A stretch of DNA of 63,441 bases, counting the filler, from Thermodesulfobacteriota bacterium (GTDB lineage: Bacteria; DASVDK01), in NCBI GenBank assembly GCA_036381125.1. It is 5 parts of 5 records of this genome, joined end to end, with 100 filler letters (N's around TTAATTAATTAA, not from the genome) between each part and the next. Parts side by side here need not be neighbours in the genome. Positions count along the whole stretch, not along the records: positions 60,523 to 63,441 come from DASVDK010000293.1; 4 more parts are not named here. One strand, given 5' to 3'. The position numbers and the translations under genes are program-made. Each line of letters begins with the position of its first letter. Positions within the stretch are counted from its first letter, which is position 1. Shown in pieces: positions 61,795 through 63,441 of the stretch. The notes beneath the pieces were generated by a model. It searched no databases. It worked only from the letters and a program-made list of their open reading frames with translations, and was not told the DNA's origin.

Positions 61795-63264
61795 TTACCG
61801 GCCGCCGGGGATGAACTCCGGAACGGAAAGCTCCTGGAGGCCGTTCGCGGGCTCGCTCCGCTCGCGCTGCGGGGCGCGGCTGACCCGCGGCTCGCGGTCG
61901 GCCTCGCGGGCCGCCACCACCGCCGGAGCCGCCTGACGCTGGGCCGGGCGCTCGCCGTAGCCGGTGGCGACGACGGTGACCCAGACCTGGTCGACGACGT
62001 TCTCGTCGACCATCGCGCCGAAGATGATGTTCGCCTCCGGGTGGGCCGCCTCGCTGACCGCGCGCGCCGCCTCGTTCACCTCCCAGAGCGAGAGGTCGCG
62101 CCCGCCGGTGATCGACAGCAGGATCGACTTCGCCCCGTCGACCGAGGTCTCCAGCAGCGGCGACGCCACGGCGGCCTGGGCCGCCTCGACGGCGCGGTTC
62201 TCGCCGACGCCCATGCCGATGCCGAGCAGCGCGTGGCCGGCCGACGACATGATCGTGCGGACGTCCGCGAAGTCGAGGTTGATGAGCCCCGGCAGCGTGA
62301 TGAGGTCGGAGATGCCCTGCACGCCCTGGCGAAGGACGTCGTCGGCGACGCGGAACGCCTCGACCATCGACGTCTTCTTGTCGAGCACGGTGAGCAGGCG
62401 CGAGTTGGGGATGACGATGAGCGTGTCGACCTCGCCGGAGAGCTCCTCGATGCCGCGCTCGGCCTGATCGGAGCGGCGCGAGCCCTCGAAGGCGAACGGC
62501 TTGGTGACGATGCCCACGGTCAGCGCGCCGAGCTCGCGGGCGATGCGCGCGACGACCGGCGCGGCGCCCGTGCCCGTCCCGCCGCCGGCGCCCGCGGCGA
62601 TGAACACCATGTCGGCGCCCTTGAGCAGCGCCTTGAGCTGGTCGTGGGACTCCATCGCCGCCTCGCGGCCGAGCTGCGGGTTCGAGCCCGAGCCCAGCCC
62701 GCGGGTCAGCTCGGCGCCGATGTGGAGGGTCGTGTCGGCGTTCGAGGTCTGGAGCGACTGGAGGTCGGTGTTGACCGCGATGAAGTCGACGCCCTCGACG
62801 CCGGCCTCGATCATCCGGTTGACCGCGTTGACGCCCGCCCCGCCGACGCCGACGACCTTGAGGATCGGCTGGCCGACCGGCTCGGGGGTGAGCTGGACCT
62901 GCGGCTCCTCGCGCCCGTAGCGCGGCTGCGCGGGCTTGTCGAGGATGTTCTCGGGGATGTCGGCCGAGAAGACCTGGCGGAGGCGCTCCTCGGGCGTGCG
63001 CACCTGCCGCGCCGGGCCGCGCTCGGGCTCGCGCTGCGACGGCGGCGCGGGGCGGAGCTGCTCCTCGGCCGGCGGCGCGGAGGCGGCGGGCGTCTGACGG
63101 CGCACCCCGCCCTCCTGCGGGGGCTTGACGCGCGGGCCGTCCTGCTCGGTGTCGAGCTGCTGCTGGCGCGGAGCCGGGATGTCGCCGAGCCCCTCCTCCT
63201 CCGTCTTGCGGAAGAGCGCCGCGAGCGGACCCTCGCGCATGCTCGCCCGCTTACCGCTTGCCAT
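61795..63264 (-). CDS. ftsZ: Cell division protein FtsZ with ~132-aa N-terminal extension
   Basis: [35 protein letters not shown]-terminal [17 protein letters not shown] before ATG 63264. Confidence 0.95.
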   Translation of the reverse strand: MASGKRASMREGPLAALFRKTEEEGLGDIPAPRQQQLDTEQDGPRVKPPQEGGVRRQTPAASAPPAEEQLRPAPPSQREPERGPARQVRTPEERLRQVFSADIPENILDKPAQPRYGREEPQVQLTPEPVGQPILKVVGVGGAGVNAVNRMIEAGVEGVDFIAVNTDLQSLQTSNADTTLHIGAELTRGLGSGSNPQLGREAAMESHDQLKALLKGADMVFIAAGAGGGTGTGAAPVVARIARELGALTVGIVTKPFAFEGSRRSDQAERGIEELSGEVDTLIVIPNSRLLTVLDKKTSMVEAFRVADDVLRQGVQGISDLITLPGLINLDFADVRTIMSSAGHALLGIGMGVGENRAVEAAQAAVASPLLETSVDGAKSILLSITGGRDLSLWEVNEAARAVSEAAHPEANIIFGAMVDENVVDQVWVTVVATGYGERPAQRQAAPAVVAAREADREPRVSRAPQRERSEPANGLQELSVPEFIPGGR

Positions 63265-63441
63265 TTGCGAGAACCTCCTCAGCCAGCCGTCGGTAGGCGT
63301 AGGCCGCCTTGCCGTCCGGGTCGTACTTGAGCACCGACATGCCCTTCACGGGCGCCTCGGCGAAGCGCACCGTCTTGGTGATGCGCGAGGCGAAGACACG
63401 GTCGCCGACGTTCTCCTCGAGGATCTCGATCGCCTCCTTGG
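63251..63441 (-). CDS. ParA/Soj family ATPase, C-terminal part (5' runs off window)
   Basis: Manual translation ...[48 protein letters not shown]; stop overlaps ftsZ start by 14 nt. Confidence 0.88.
   Translation of the reverse strand, partial: KEAIEILEENVGDRVFASRITKTVRFAEAPVKGMSVLKYDPDGKAAYAYRRLAEEVLANGKR

Overview
Very GC-rich bacterial sequence made of five contigs joined by artificial 100-nt N/TTAATTAATTAA linkers (31915-32014, 44307-44406, 57669-57768, 60423-60522), so gene order across linkers means nothing. Contig 1 (1-31914): alr-mlaE; an ECF41-type sigma factor that has lost sigma4, with its AhpD/CMD target; a TPP-riboswitch-controlled thiS-thiG-thiE operon; a TolC/MacAB-type efflux operon; PQQ sugar dehydrogenase; yjbQ; tRNA-Thr(CGT); then an accessory region (BTAD/AAA regulator with two flavoenzymes, PAS-PAS kinase/RR, DUF5996-UBP ZnF-DsbA/NhaA-ndh, ygiD, arylsulfatase, decayed transporters). 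Contig 2: a Urt-like amide ABC importer converging on a Dpp transporter, D-aminoacylase, M20 deacylase, threonine-synthase-like and amidase operon. Contig 3: recN, pmbA, FHA, MCP, Ser/Thr kinase, M23 peptidase, secA, rpsB-tsf-pyrH. Contig 4: TPR, small ORF, DsbA and an NtrC-like regulator lacking GAFTGA. Contig 5: parA-like, ftsZ, ggt, possibly from a different (monoderm, Actinomycetota-like) organism. Top candidates: (1) ftsZ outside a dcw context, overlapping a ParA/Soj ATPase gene and carrying a ~132-aa N-terminal extension that starts with a ParA-partner-like peptide; (2) the sigma4-less ECF41 with intact cognate promoters; (3) an identical 24-bp REP-like repeat on two contigs. All calls come from reading motifs by eye; no database searches were run.
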